Positions 8,967-16,618 of a stretch of 32,000 nucleotides of DNA are shown piece by piece. The DNA is taken from NCBI RefSeq assembly GCF_002945325.1, contig NZ_CP026606.1:630001-662000 (forward strand). Reading direction: 5' to 3'. Origin of the DNA: Methanococcus maripaludis (GTDB lineage Archaea > AGJL01 > Methanococci > Methanococcales > Methanococcaceae). Within the stretch, counting starts at the first letter, position 1; each line of letters begins with the position of its first letter. The notes beneath the pieces are model-generated. The model did no database searches and was not told the origin of the DNA. It saw only the letters and a list, made by a program, of their open reading frames with translations. The position numbers and the translations under genes are program-made.

Positions 8967-9161
8967 TTAATAAAACAACGCAGTGTTTATTTCATCTGCA
9001 AATTTACTGATGACGGATTCACACTGCAACATTTTCTTAGGATCAAGCATTTTTCCCTCAGATGAAACTTCAATAATTATAACAACTTTTTCTTTTCTCG
9101 AATCATGTCTAACGGATGAATAAGGCTCTACTGGAGGAAAATTATTTTTCACGACCATCAC
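8967..9161 (-). CDS. Hypothetical protein (64 aa)
   Basis: ORF track entry, co-directional and packed. Confidence 0.5.
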   Translation of the reverse strand: MMVVKNNFPPVEPYSSVRHDSRKEKVVIIIEVSSEGKMLDPKKMLQCESVISKFADEINTALFY

Positions 9162-9217
9162 CCCATTTATGGCTTTTTTGGAACGTCTTTAAACGCTTTT
9201 GATAGTATTAGTATCAT

Positions 9218-9463
9218 TTAATCACTCTCCAACACAGAAACATTAAACGGAACATTCCTTTTGACACATTCTCTTTTCAGCATTGGAGCAACCATTTTTA
9301 AATCAATTACATACTGGCTTAATTCTTCATCCGAAGCTTCAGAAAGTATTCTTTGACGGTCATTCCGACACACATTTGCTAAATAACAGCTTCTGTAAGT
9401 CTTACCAAATTTTTTAATATTCCAAATCACTTTTTTAACAAGTTCAAATCTCATTTTCCTCAC
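9218..9463 (-). CDS. Hypothetical basic protein (81 aa)
   Basis: ORF track entry. 4-nt start/stop overlap with the upstream ORF. Confidence 0.55.
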   Translation of the reverse strand: MRKMRFELVKKVIWNIKKFGKTYRSCYLANVCRNDRQRILSEASDEELSQYVIDLKMVAPMLKRECVKRNVPFNVSVLESD

Positions 9464-9825
9464 GTTCGAGCAATTTCTTCGTAGTGTCTTTTCGTTTCCT
9501 CAATATGAAGCATTATCAAAGTATGATCCATATCAAAACTAACAACATTAGGTTTTAAATGATATCTGGCATCTAACTCAACCAATACCTTACCTGCTTC
9601 TTTTTCATCCTTAACAATCAATACGACAGTATCAAAATGTTTTGTTTTACTATGACAGCCCATTCCTGCAATTATTTGATCTGGTTTGTAACCTAACTCA
9701 TTAAGAGCAGCAGTTATTTCTTCCAATTCTTCTTCTGAATTGTAAATAATATCCAACATTTTTCTATCTTCGATACCCATCACTTTTTTAAAATCAACTG
9801 CAACAACTTCCATTTTAATCACCAT
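9460..9825 (-). CDS. Hypothetical protein (121 aa)
   Basis: ORF track entry. Abuts the upstream ORF with no gap. Confidence 0.6.
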   Translation of the reverse strand: MVIKMEVVAVDFKKVMGIEDRKMLDIIYNSEEELEEITAALNELGYKPDQIIAGMGCHSKTKHFDTVVLIVKDEKEAGKVLVELDARYHLKPNVVSFDMDHTLIMLHIEETKRHYEEIART

Positions 9826-10067
9826 TTAAACTTCAATTCTAAATCTATCGCTCATTATCATACAATTATGATAAATTACAGTTTTTTCTTCATTATTTGC
9901 GTGAATACAAAGCCATTTACCAGTTTTACTTACAACCGCAAGGACATTTTTGTTAATTTCGCCTTTTTCTTTCAATTGCTTGATAACTGATTGTAACTCT
10001 GCATTTTCTTTAGAAAAATTTCTTTTTCGAGTTTTTTTATTTTTAAAATGTTTTTTAGCCATTTTTC
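9820..10067. repeat. 248-bp direct repeat, copy A
   Basis: Aligns base-for-base with 10666-10913 at an 846-nt offset, with about 11 mismatches by eye. Confidence 0.9.
9826..10062 (-). CDS. Hypothetical basic protein, paralogue A (78 aa)
   Basis: MAKKHFKNKKTRKRNF... Near-identical (2 aa differences) to the ORF at 10672-10908. Confidence 0.65.
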   Translation of the reverse strand: MAKKHFKNKKTRKRNFSKENAELQSVIKQLKEKGEINKNVLAVVSKTGKWLCIHANNEEKTVIYHNCMIMSDRFRIEV

Positions 10068-10069
10068 AC

Positions 10070-10225
10070 CTACATATATGGAATATGCGAATTTTTAGAA
10101 CGTGCATCATTAAAAATCCGATTTAAAACTTCAACAGGAACACCTTCTTTTATTAACTCAAACTGGAGTTTTTGTTGTTCATCGGTAATTCTCTTGTATT
10201 CTTCAAGTTTTTCGCTCGATTCCAT
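10070..10225 (-). CDS. Possible small protein (51 aa, below the ORF-track cutoff)
   Basis: Hand translation: MESSEKLEEYKRITDEQQKLQFELIKEGVPVEVLNRIFNDARSKNSHIPYM. It fills an otherwise empty gap in a packed operon. Confidence 0.35.
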   Translation of the reverse strand: MESSEKLEEYKRITDEQQKLQFELIKEGVPVEVLNRIFNDARSKNSHIPYM

Positions 10226-10249
10226 TGAATTTCCCTCCTTAACTTTCGT

Positions 10250-10474
10250 CTAAACCGATTTTTCTTCTGCATTTTTCACCAGCTCAGCTTCTTTAATTAT
10301 TTCTTCTGCCCAATCAGGAAATCTTTCTTTATATGTTTCAGCGGTGTCTTTCTGTTCCTGATAACTTTCAGCACCACTCATGGAGCCATCTTCAAGGGCT
10401 AACATCCAACCGCCCCAAAGTCGATTTTCATCCATAACTTTCAAGAATTCTTCTCTAGTTCTAATTTCAGGCAT
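10250..10474 (-). CDS. Hypothetical acidic protein (74 aa)
   Basis: ORF track entry. GGTGGTGAA precedes the ATG. Confidence 0.55.
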   Translation of the reverse strand: MPEIRTREEFLKVMDENRLWGGWMLALEDGSMSGAESYQEQKDTAETYKERFPDWAEEIIKEAELVKNAEEKSV

Positions 10475-10486
10475 TTCACCACCATT

Positions 10487-10660
10487 TTAAACGCTCTTTA
10501 TTTCCTCAAAAAGTTCTTTTGAAATCTCAATGAGTTTCACACCTTTTTCCCTAAATTCTTCAACCGTAACATTGAATAGTAAGGGCGGTAAACTGGACTC
10601 GTGAAGACAGAATATTTCAATTTCACCATCATAACGTTTTAATCCTAAATAATATCGCAT
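10487..10660 (-). CDS. Possible small protein (57 aa, below the ORF-track cutoff)
   Basis: Hand translation: MRYYLGLKRYDGEIEIFCLHESSLPPLLFNVTVEEFREKGVKLIEISKELFEEIKSV. It has the same GGTGGTGAAATG junction as the neighbouring genes. Confidence 0.35.
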   Translation of the reverse strand: MRYYLGLKRYDGEIEIFCLHESSLPPLLFNVTVEEFREKGVKLIEISKELFEEIKSV

Positions 10661-10665
10661 TTCAC

Positions 10666-10913
10666 CACCATTTAAACTTCAATTCTAAATCTATCGCCCA
10701 TTATCATACAATTATGATAAATTACGGTTTTTTCTTCATTATTGGCATGAATACAAAGCCATTTACCAGTAGAACTCACAACAGCAAGGACATTTTTGTT
10801 AATTTCGCCTTTTTCTTTCAATTGCTTGATAACTGATTGTAACTCTGCATTTTCTTTAGAAAAATTTCTTTTTCGAGTTTTTTTATTTTTGAAATGTTTT
10901 TTAGCCATTTTTC
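10666..10913. repeat. 248-bp direct repeat, copy B
   Basis: See copy A. Confidence 0.9.
10672..10908 (-). CDS. Hypothetical basic protein, paralogue B (78 aa)
   Basis: Same length and sequence as 9826-10062 except K/S and S/G substitutions. The ATG at 10908 overlaps the stop of the 458-aa ORF. Confidence 0.65.
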   Translation of the reverse strand: MAKKHFKNKKTRKRNFSKENAELQSVIKQLKEKGEINKNVLAVVSSTGKWLCIHANNEEKTVIYHNCMIMGDRFRIEV

Positions 10914-12277
10914 GCATCCCCTAACGATTTAAAACCGATAACTTCAAACTGTTCATTTCCAATTGAAAATCTTGAATAGTCGTCAATTTTTCCACATTTT
11001 TCACAGATGTGCCGGTATTGGTGAGAATCGTAACGCATTAAAGAACCACATTCACAGCGGTAAACACCTTGATAAAATAATCTCATTCCCTGTACCGTAT
11101 CATTCCAACGGTAAACGCCTCTTTTTCCGCCCAATTCTTTTTCAAGTGGTTCAATCAAATTATTAGCCATTAATCGCTCTCGAAGTCCTTTTGTGTGGAA
11201 ATCAAAAGTTAATGAATAAGCTTTTCCAAAAAGTATAGTTTTCGCAAGGTCAAGGGAAACGTGCCACCATTCAGCACATGTTTGAACAACACTTTCCCCT
11301 TTCAACTGCAACGGCTTTAAATTCTCAAAATTGTACCCAAAATGTTTATATGACTGGTGAACTCCGTGTATTATAGAATGGTAAAGATGTTCAGGGTCTC
11401 CAACAAGCCACTTTCTAGAAATATCTCCATTCCACGTAAACTCGTGCCTGTTGATTCCTGCCCCTTTTTGGTATCTTTTCCACTGTATCGGGTTTCTTGC
11501 ACTTGGTGTAGTATAATATTCAGTTTGAGTTAAATCTCCGTACACTTTGAGGTGGTTCGTCTTTCGTTCATCCGTAATAAACTGGAATTGTAAAGATTCG
11601 CAATTTAACCATTCAATATCAATTTCAGCACTTTGAACGGAAACATCCACGAGACTGTAAAGGTCTTCCATTTTACCGAGTTTTCTTGCAAGCTCTAAAA
11701 CATCGAGTCCAAAAGCATTTTTCAGGTAATGAATATATTCGAACTTGAATTCTTCGATTCTTTCGCAGAACAACCTACAATACTCTTTTAAGAGAGTTCC
11801 TTTGTCGTCTTCTTCAACCCATATCGGAAGAACATTATCATCCCGAAATGAATCTTCATAAGGATCGATGCCTTTTTTTAAGAGGTAAACACGGTTCATG
11901 TTAAAATAACCCCTTGCAATATGGGGGCTTTTCATGGATATTGCGATTGATGCAACCTCTTTTCCGTCCAAGTCTTCTTCTACTGGTTTTCCGCTTCTCA
12001 TTTCAGTTGGAACTTGAAAATGAAATGTCGCAGTCTTTTTAGTTCCGCTTTTTTCCACCATTCTTTTAACAAACTGGGGAAATCTGTGGTTTAAATCTTC
12101 ATAAATGTCTTTTCTAAAGTGGTTTCCAAGAATCGACCAGAGAAAAGGAATTTGTAAAGTTATGTAAACTCGATCAATCAGGATTCTTCTTTTCGGGTTT
12201 TCAACGTACTTATCGGAAAGAGGACAGAACGTTTCATACATATTCTCCACCGAAAACAGCTTCGATAGTTTTATCAT
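10901..12277 (-). CDS. Large hypothetical protein with a C-terminal Zn-ribbon (458 aa); candidate replication or DNA-processing protein
   Basis: C-terminal CECGSLMRYDSHQYRHICEKCGK (CxC...CxxC). It is the largest soluble protein of the element's early region. No other motif recognised. Confidence 0.8.
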   Translation of the reverse strand: MIKLSKLFSVENMYETFCPLSDKYVENPKRRILIDRVYITLQIPFLWSILGNHFRKDIYEDLNHRFPQFVKRMVEKSGTKKTATFHFQVPTEMRSGKPVEEDLDGKEVASIAISMKSPHIARGYFNMNRVYLLKKGIDPYEDSFRDDNVLPIWVEEDDKGTLLKEYCRLFCERIEEFKFEYIHYLKNAFGLDVLELARKLGKMEDLYSLVDVSVQSAEIDIEWLNCESLQFQFITDERKTNHLKVYGDLTQTEYYTTPSARNPIQWKRYQKGAGINRHEFTWNGDISRKWLVGDPEHLYHSIIHGVHQSYKHFGYNFENLKPLQLKGESVVQTCAEWWHVSLDLAKTILFGKAYSLTFDFHTKGLRERLMANNLIEPLEKELGGKRGVYRWNDTVQGMRLFYQGVYRCECGSLMRYDSHQYRHICEKCGKIDDYSRFSIGNEQFEVIGFKSLGDAKNG

Positions 12278-12650
12278 CGAGTTCTAAATCCCTTCCATAC
12301 ATTTGAACAGTTGAAAATCCTGCTCCAGTAGATTTTACTTTGATAAGTTCGTCAATTGCGTTTCTTCTAGCACCTTCAAGAATCGAATTTCTAAAGTTTT
12401 TGTTAGTTTCAAACCCTTTTACTGCATTTTTAAAATCCATATGGGTTAAAAAAACTTCTTTTGAGTTTTCTCTTGAAGGACAGTTCGCATAACTTTGAAT
12501 ATGAACATATCCTGTTCTTTTGGGGTCAAAAGAATGAATTACTCTTGCATCGTCTTCCTTCACTGAAATGTGGGGGTAAGATGTGATGATTGAATAACCT
12601 AAATTTATTCCTTCAGGAGTTGGTAAATTATTCAAGTCCATTACAGACAT
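12234..12650 (-). CDS. Hypothetical protein (138 aa)
   Basis: ORF track entry. Its 3' end overlaps the 458-aa ORF start by 44 nt. Confidence 0.65.
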   Translation of the reverse strand: MSVMDLNNLPTPEGINLGYSIITSYPHISVKEDDARVIHSFDPKRTGYVHIQSYANCPSRENSKEVFLTHMDFKNAVKGFETNKNFRNSILEGARRNAIDELIKVKSTGAGFSTVQMYGRDLELDDKTIEAVFGGEYV

Positions 12651-12653
12651 GAT

Positions 12654-13100
12654 TTAAGCCTCCTGAGATTTTTCATTGACAATGGCGTATGCTTTTTCGA
12701 TAACTTCTTCTGAAAGTCCTAAATCTTTTACATAGCCTTTTACAGTGTTTTCAGAACTTCCTTTTCGAATCATGCTTACGATTTCCCAAACTTTACCGTT
12801 TGCAACACATTTATCAAACATACTTCCGAATCCTTCTTCATTCGAATTTTTAGCATTGATTAATTCGTTTAATAATCCAATTGGCAGATTTACAATGTAT
12901 TTTACCTCTCCAGTCTGTTTGTCTTTGAAGTCTTTTACCTGGTCGAGGAATAGTGTTACTTTTCCTTCCTTGTCTTCGTCGTAAACGTAATTGTTACCTT
13001 CTTTTTTCTGACCTTTTTCAACGGTTAACTGGACGTTTCCTTTGAAAATTTTTCCGTAAAATGTAGCTTTATCTTCTGTGATTTTAGCCATTTTTATCAA
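12654..13100 (-). CDS. Hypothetical protein (145-148 aa)
   Basis: ORF track entry, Lys/Glu-rich. The likely start is MAKITEDK at 13091. Confidence 0.65.
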   Translation of the reverse strand: MIKMAKITEDKATFYGKIFKGNVQLTVEKGQKKEGNNYVYDEDKEGKVTLFLDQVKDFKDKQTGEVKYIVNLPIGLLNELINAKNSNEEGFGSMFDKCVANGKVWEIVSMIRKGSSENTVKGYVKDLGLSEEVIEKAYAIVNEKSQEA

Positions 13101-13359
13101 CCTTTTTTACTTTGTAGTCTCCGTTTTCGAAGTAGACTTGAATTTTATCCCCTTCTTTGAGACTGTTTGATTTTGTTTTTAGTTCGTAGACTCTTTCTGA
13201 GAAATCATCTTTTACATAGAACTGATTTTTTAAAATGTAATTGTTCGATATTTTGTTAAATTTTGAATCGTAAATTGTTACATTGCAGTTTTCTTGCTGC
13301 CGTCTCATGACTACAGTATATTCTTTTATTTTCGAGGTCTTTGGAAGCTCAGGATACAT
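13084..13359 (-). CDS. Hypothetical protein (91 aa)
   Basis: ORF track entry. Abuts the upstream gene with no gap. Confidence 0.6.
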   Translation of the reverse strand: MYPELPKTSKIKEYTVVMRRQQENCNVTIYDSKFNKISNNYILKNQFYVKDDFSERVYELKTKSNSLKEGDKIQVYFENGDYKVKKVDKNG

Positions 13360-13485
13360 TTAATCATCCTTGTTTTCACCTTGAATTTTGATTATAACCT
13401 TCTTACCTATCCAGCTCTTAGGTACTGTTACGTGTCCGGTGTTTCCGGAGGGTTTTACCTGTTTTATGATTGTTTTTTCTTTCAT
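13360..13485 (-). CDS. AbrB/SpoVT-like (DUF2080-like) small DNA-binding protein, first gene of the leftward train
   Basis: Motif GNTGHVTVPKSWIGKKVIIKI resembles the swapped-hairpin AbrB/MazE signature. ATG at 13485 has GAGG 7 nt upstream. The track's longer version (to 13569) needs a TTG start lying inside an inverted repeat. Confidence 0.6.
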   Translation of the reverse strand: MKEKTIIKQVKPSGNTGHVTVPKSWIGKKVIIKIQGENKDD

Positions 13486-13529
13486 TATCGCCTCTTTTTT
13501 ATTTGAAAATTTTATGAGGGAGGGTATTT

Positions 13530-13598
13530 TTGTTACCAAATAATTAACCGTTTCCAGTATTGGTAACAATAATAACTGTGGATATCCATCTATATAAA
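13530..13598. promoter_or_regulatory. Control region: a 10-bp-arm inverted repeat plus the palindrome TGGATATCCA abutting a TATA-like box
   Basis: TTGTTACCAA (13530-13539) and TTGGTAACAA (13560-13569) are exact reverse complements, 20 nt apart. TGGATATCCAT is at 13579-13589. TATATAAA is at 13591-13598. The region lies between divergent regulator genes. Confidence 0.5.
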
Positions 13599-13705
13599 TG
13601 TTTCCAAAAATAGTAACGGGCAGTATATTGATAATATTATAATTTATTCAAATGGGAACATAAAATACAACATTGAATAATTATGGAACTTAAAAAGGGG
13701 AAAAA

Positions 13706-14071
13706 ATGTTCCTGAAAATTTTATCCAAATCCAATGCAAAAGAAATTTTAATGCTTTTGAACGAATATGGCGAGTTATATTTCGGGCAAATTCATAAAGA
13801 ATTAGATAAACCAAAAAGTAATTTAAGCAGAGTTATATCTGAATTACAGGAAGAAGGTCTTGTAAACAAAAGAACCGAAGAAACAGACGAAGACGGAAGA
13901 ATACCTAAGAATTATTATAGTTTAACCAATCTCGGTAAGATTGCTATTGAAATATATCAAAAAGAAGACAAAATGTTAAAAGAAAAAGAGTCTGGAAACG
14001 TAAATATCAATGTTGAAAATAATCATGGAATTATCGCAAACAATATTCAAAATTTGAACGTAAAAAAGTAA
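13706..14071 (+). CDS. Winged-helix (ArsR/PadR-like) transcriptional regulator (121 aa)
   Basis: KEILMLLNEYGELYFGQIHKELDKPKSNLSRVISELQEEGLVNKR... followed by YYSLTNLGK, giving a helix-turn-helix plus wing pattern. Confidence 0.8.
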   Translation: MFLKILSKSNAKEILMLLNEYGELYFGQIHKELDKPKSNLSRVISELQEEGLVNKRTEETDEDGRIPKNYYSLTNLGKIAIEIYQKEDKMLKEKESGNVNINVENNHGIIANNIQNLNVKK

Positions 14072-14186
14072 TAAGGGTTACTATTAATTATAGATTTTAT
14101 TTTTGAGAGTTTAAAGGGTTATTCAATAATTATATTTAAGTTATTTATGTTTATTGATTGAGGGAAATTTTATTAAAGGTGGGGAA

Positions 14187-15512
14187 ATGGGAAAACTTCC
14201 AGATAATGAAATGTCTAAAATTATTAACAAAATTTTAGATTTAACTTATATTGATGAAAATAAGCTCAAAATTAGAAAAAATAAAAGCCTTTTTGAATTT
14301 GAAACTTATTTATCATTATTAAATTGTGAATTACTCAAAGATGAAAATATTTCTAAAAAAATAACGGATTTAAAATACTGTACGATGATTTCAAGTGATA
14401 TTAACAATTTTGAACTTATTCTTGATGTTTTAACTGAACTAAAAACTAAAAACTTGAATAATTATAATGAATTCAAAAATATTCTTGATTTAAAAATTAA
14501 ATCGTTAAAAAGTGAGTTTAAGCAGCATACCCTGTATGAAATGTACATTCCACTAAATTTAAAAACTGAATTCACCATTGAAAAAATAAAATGTAGAAAT
14601 TTTTGTGCAGAAATTGTGAAACATAGAACGATAAAAGGAATTATAAATCAGCCAAAATTAAACGAAAGTATCAAAAAAGCCCATGAAATAGACTCACAAT
14701 GTGAAATAAATGTGAATTTCGAAGAAAGTGAATTTTTAAAAATAACTGTTAATAGTCAAACAGATGCCCATGCATGCCTAACTGCACGTAAAATTCAAAA
14801 TTTATTCATTGGCATGGTTGCATATGTTATTACCAAAAATTCAAGCTACAGAACACTTAAAGGCCCAACCGAAGCCATATTCCCAATATATCCGCAAATA
14901 ATGATAGAAACAATAGGTACCCAATTTGTTACTGTATTTGTGGGAGACATAACCCGTAAAAGAATACCAAAAGACTGTATTATACCTATTGAAAAGTTTT
15001 ATGAAACAGAATTAAATTATTTAATCCAATTCTATAATTCAAAACATCCTGATATTCAAAAAAAACTAGAAGAAATATTTACAAACTATGCTTGCGGGGT
15101 TTATCAAGATAAAAAGACGGATTCATTTTTTAATTTATGGGTGGCATTGGAACGAGCAACAATGGTGTCCGATATAGGAAAACATGACATGATCCCTAAA
15201 ATTTCAAAAGCATTATTTAATGAAAGAAATCCATTATATGCCCACGTTATTGAAAATCTGTATAATGTTAGAAACAATTTTATTCATGAAGGCGGATCTA
15301 TTTCCCAATACGATAGAAATGCATTAAAATACTGTGTTGATAATCTGATTGAATTTTTAATAAATGAGTTAAATTCGTATTCCCTTAACGAAATAAGAAC
15401 AATTTATGAATATTTAACCAAAAATGGTGATAATTTAGAAAACATTCAAAAGACCATTGAACATGTCATAGAATTAAAGAATAATTGGAAAGGGGAAATT
15501 TCAGAAAAATAA
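14187..15512 (+). CDS. HEPN-domain protein (442 aa from ATG 14187), possibly ApeA-like; candidate RNase or abortive-infection effector
   Basis: C-terminal NLYNVRNNFIHEGG is a canonical R-N-x3-H (Rx4-6H) HEPN motif in a helical context. AGGTGGGG RBS precedes ATG 14187. The N-terminal roughly 330 aa are unrecognised. Confidence 0.75.
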   Translation: MGKLPDNEMSKIINKILDLTYIDENKLKIRKNKSLFEFETYLSLLNCELLKDENISKKITDLKYCTMISSDINNFELILDVLTELKTKNLNNYNEFKNILDLKIKSLKSEFKQHTLYEMYIPLNLKTEFTIEKIKCRNFCAEIVKHRTIKGIINQPKLNESIKKAHEIDSQCEINVNFEESEFLKITVNSQTDAHACLTARKIQNLFIGMVAYVITKNSSYRTLKGPTEAIFPIYPQIMIETIGTQFVTVFVGDITRKRIPKDCIIPIEKFYETELNYLIQFYNSKHPDIQKKLEEIFTNYACGVYQDKKTDSFFNLWVALERATMVSDIGKHDMIPKISKALFNERNPLYAHVIENLYNVRNNFIHEGGSISQYDRNALKYCVDNLIEFLINELNSYSLNEIRTIYEYLTKNGDNLENIQKTIEHVIELKNNWKGEISEK

Positions 15513-15550
15513 CCCCATTTTTAAATTTTAATAACCATTCCCATTAAATT

Positions 15551-15586
15551 TTAAATTACTCTTTTTAAATTGATTGAAAAAAGAAA
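15551..15586. repeat. 36-nt direct repeat, copy 1; putative bidirectional oligo-T terminator
   Basis: ttaaattactctttttaaattgattgaaaaaagaaa matches 17628-17663 at 35 of 36 positions. It sits between convergent stop codons (15512 and 15607). Confidence 0.8.
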
Positions 15587-15606
15587 AGAGAATATAATTT
15601 TAAAAA

Positions 15607-15888
15607 TTATAATCCTAACGCTGATCTAGGCAACACTCGGAGCTTATTAGTTTCACTTTTAACAGAATTTACTACATTTTTTTCAAGAATGTCTGTTAAT
15701 GTTTTAAGTTCTTTTTCTGACAACGTGCATATATCTGACTGGCTATTTTCTGAAAGATAAAACTTGACATTACACTTATTTTCATTATTTAATTTACCAA
15801 TAAGAACTTTTGAAACTTTTTCCAATTCAATATATTTAGTATCATGTTCATTTTCAATTTTAAATAATTTCATTTTTTTCACCGTCAT
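15607..15888 (-). CDS. Hypothetical protein (93 aa)
   Basis: ORF track entry. Its ATG directly follows the stop of a 33-aa upstream ORF (TAAATG). Confidence 0.5.
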   Translation of the reverse strand: MTVKKMKLFKIENEHDTKYIELEKVSKVLIGKLNNENKCNVKFYLSENSQSDICTLSEKELKTLTDILEKNVVNSVKSETNKLRVLPRSALGL

Positions 15889-15990
15889 TTACTTCTTTTT
15901 ATTATATTTCACGATAGTTTCTTTGTTTGTTCGTGTAACCGTTCCAATCTTTTTATTTTTTCTAATTATCAGAGTCGTTTTTTTCGTCAT
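15889..15990 (-). CDS. Possible 33-aa highly basic peptide
   Basis: Hand translation: MTKKTTLIIRKNKKIGTVTRTNKETIVKYNKKK. AGGAGGT lies 6 nt upstream of the ATG. Its stop abuts the next ATG. Confidence 0.3.
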   Translation of the reverse strand: MTKKTTLIIRKNKKIGTVTRTNKETIVKYNKKK

Positions 15991-16560
15991 TAAATAACCT
16001 CCTTTATTTTAAGTATAAGCTTCGCTAACTTGTTAAACAACAAAATTAGGCGTAATTAGTCCCCAATATAATGAAAACTAATGAGTAATGTATAAATACA
16101 AATTTTCAAAAAGAGATATACGGGATCGATCAAAATCCGCATATCAGAATATGTCTTTTTACAATGGCATCACCTCTGATGTAAATACCTTTTTTAGATA
16201 ATTTTATAGGTATTTGATTTTCTGATAAGATAAATATTATGTTAATAATTTATATACTTGTCTTTAGTGCCCTATATATACTAAACTAAACAAGACGATA
16301 GAGCTTTTTTCAATAACTGCTAAATTGCATATGAATAATGCTTTTTGCAGTAATCTACTTTTAACCCCAATCTAATTAAAAAAAGAGTTATTTAAATATT
16401 ATCGTAAAATGTAAAGTAGATTAAAAATTCAAAAAATAGCCTTCTTTTTTAATTTAAAGCATATTACCCTCATTAAATTCAATTAAAATAATTATTCTTC
16501 GATAAAATATTAAACTTGCCATTCTGGTTTTAACATTAAATTTACAACATAATTATAAAA

Positions 16561-16596
16561 TTATATATACGATTTTTAATAAATGGATATCCATTT
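16561..16596 (+). promoter_or_regulatory. TATA-like box (TTATATATA) plus a perfect 16-bp palindrome AAATGGATATCCATTT upstream of the nuclease-like gene
   Basis: TATA-like box at 16561-16569. Palindrome at 16581-16596, at about the expected transcription start site. GAGGGGA RBS, then ATG at 16619. Confidence 0.5.
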
Positions 16597-16618
16597 GATT
16601 TAAAAAAGAGGGGAGTAT

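Noticed and set aside
10901-12277. Rolling-circle Rep (HUH) assignment for the 458-aa protein, based on TATFHFQVP
   Set aside because: This is a single H-hydrophobic-Q triplet, without a matching motif 1 or a downstream catalytic Tyr motif. It is insufficient, so the protein is kept as hypothetical.
13360-13569. Long (69-aa) version of the AbrB-like ORF, and the plus-strand ORF 13294-13506
   Set aside because: The long version needs a TTG start located inside the 10-bp inverted repeat and has no RBS. ATG 13485 has a GAGG RBS and gives the usual roughly 40-50-aa size for this family. The plus-strand ORF is antisense filler.
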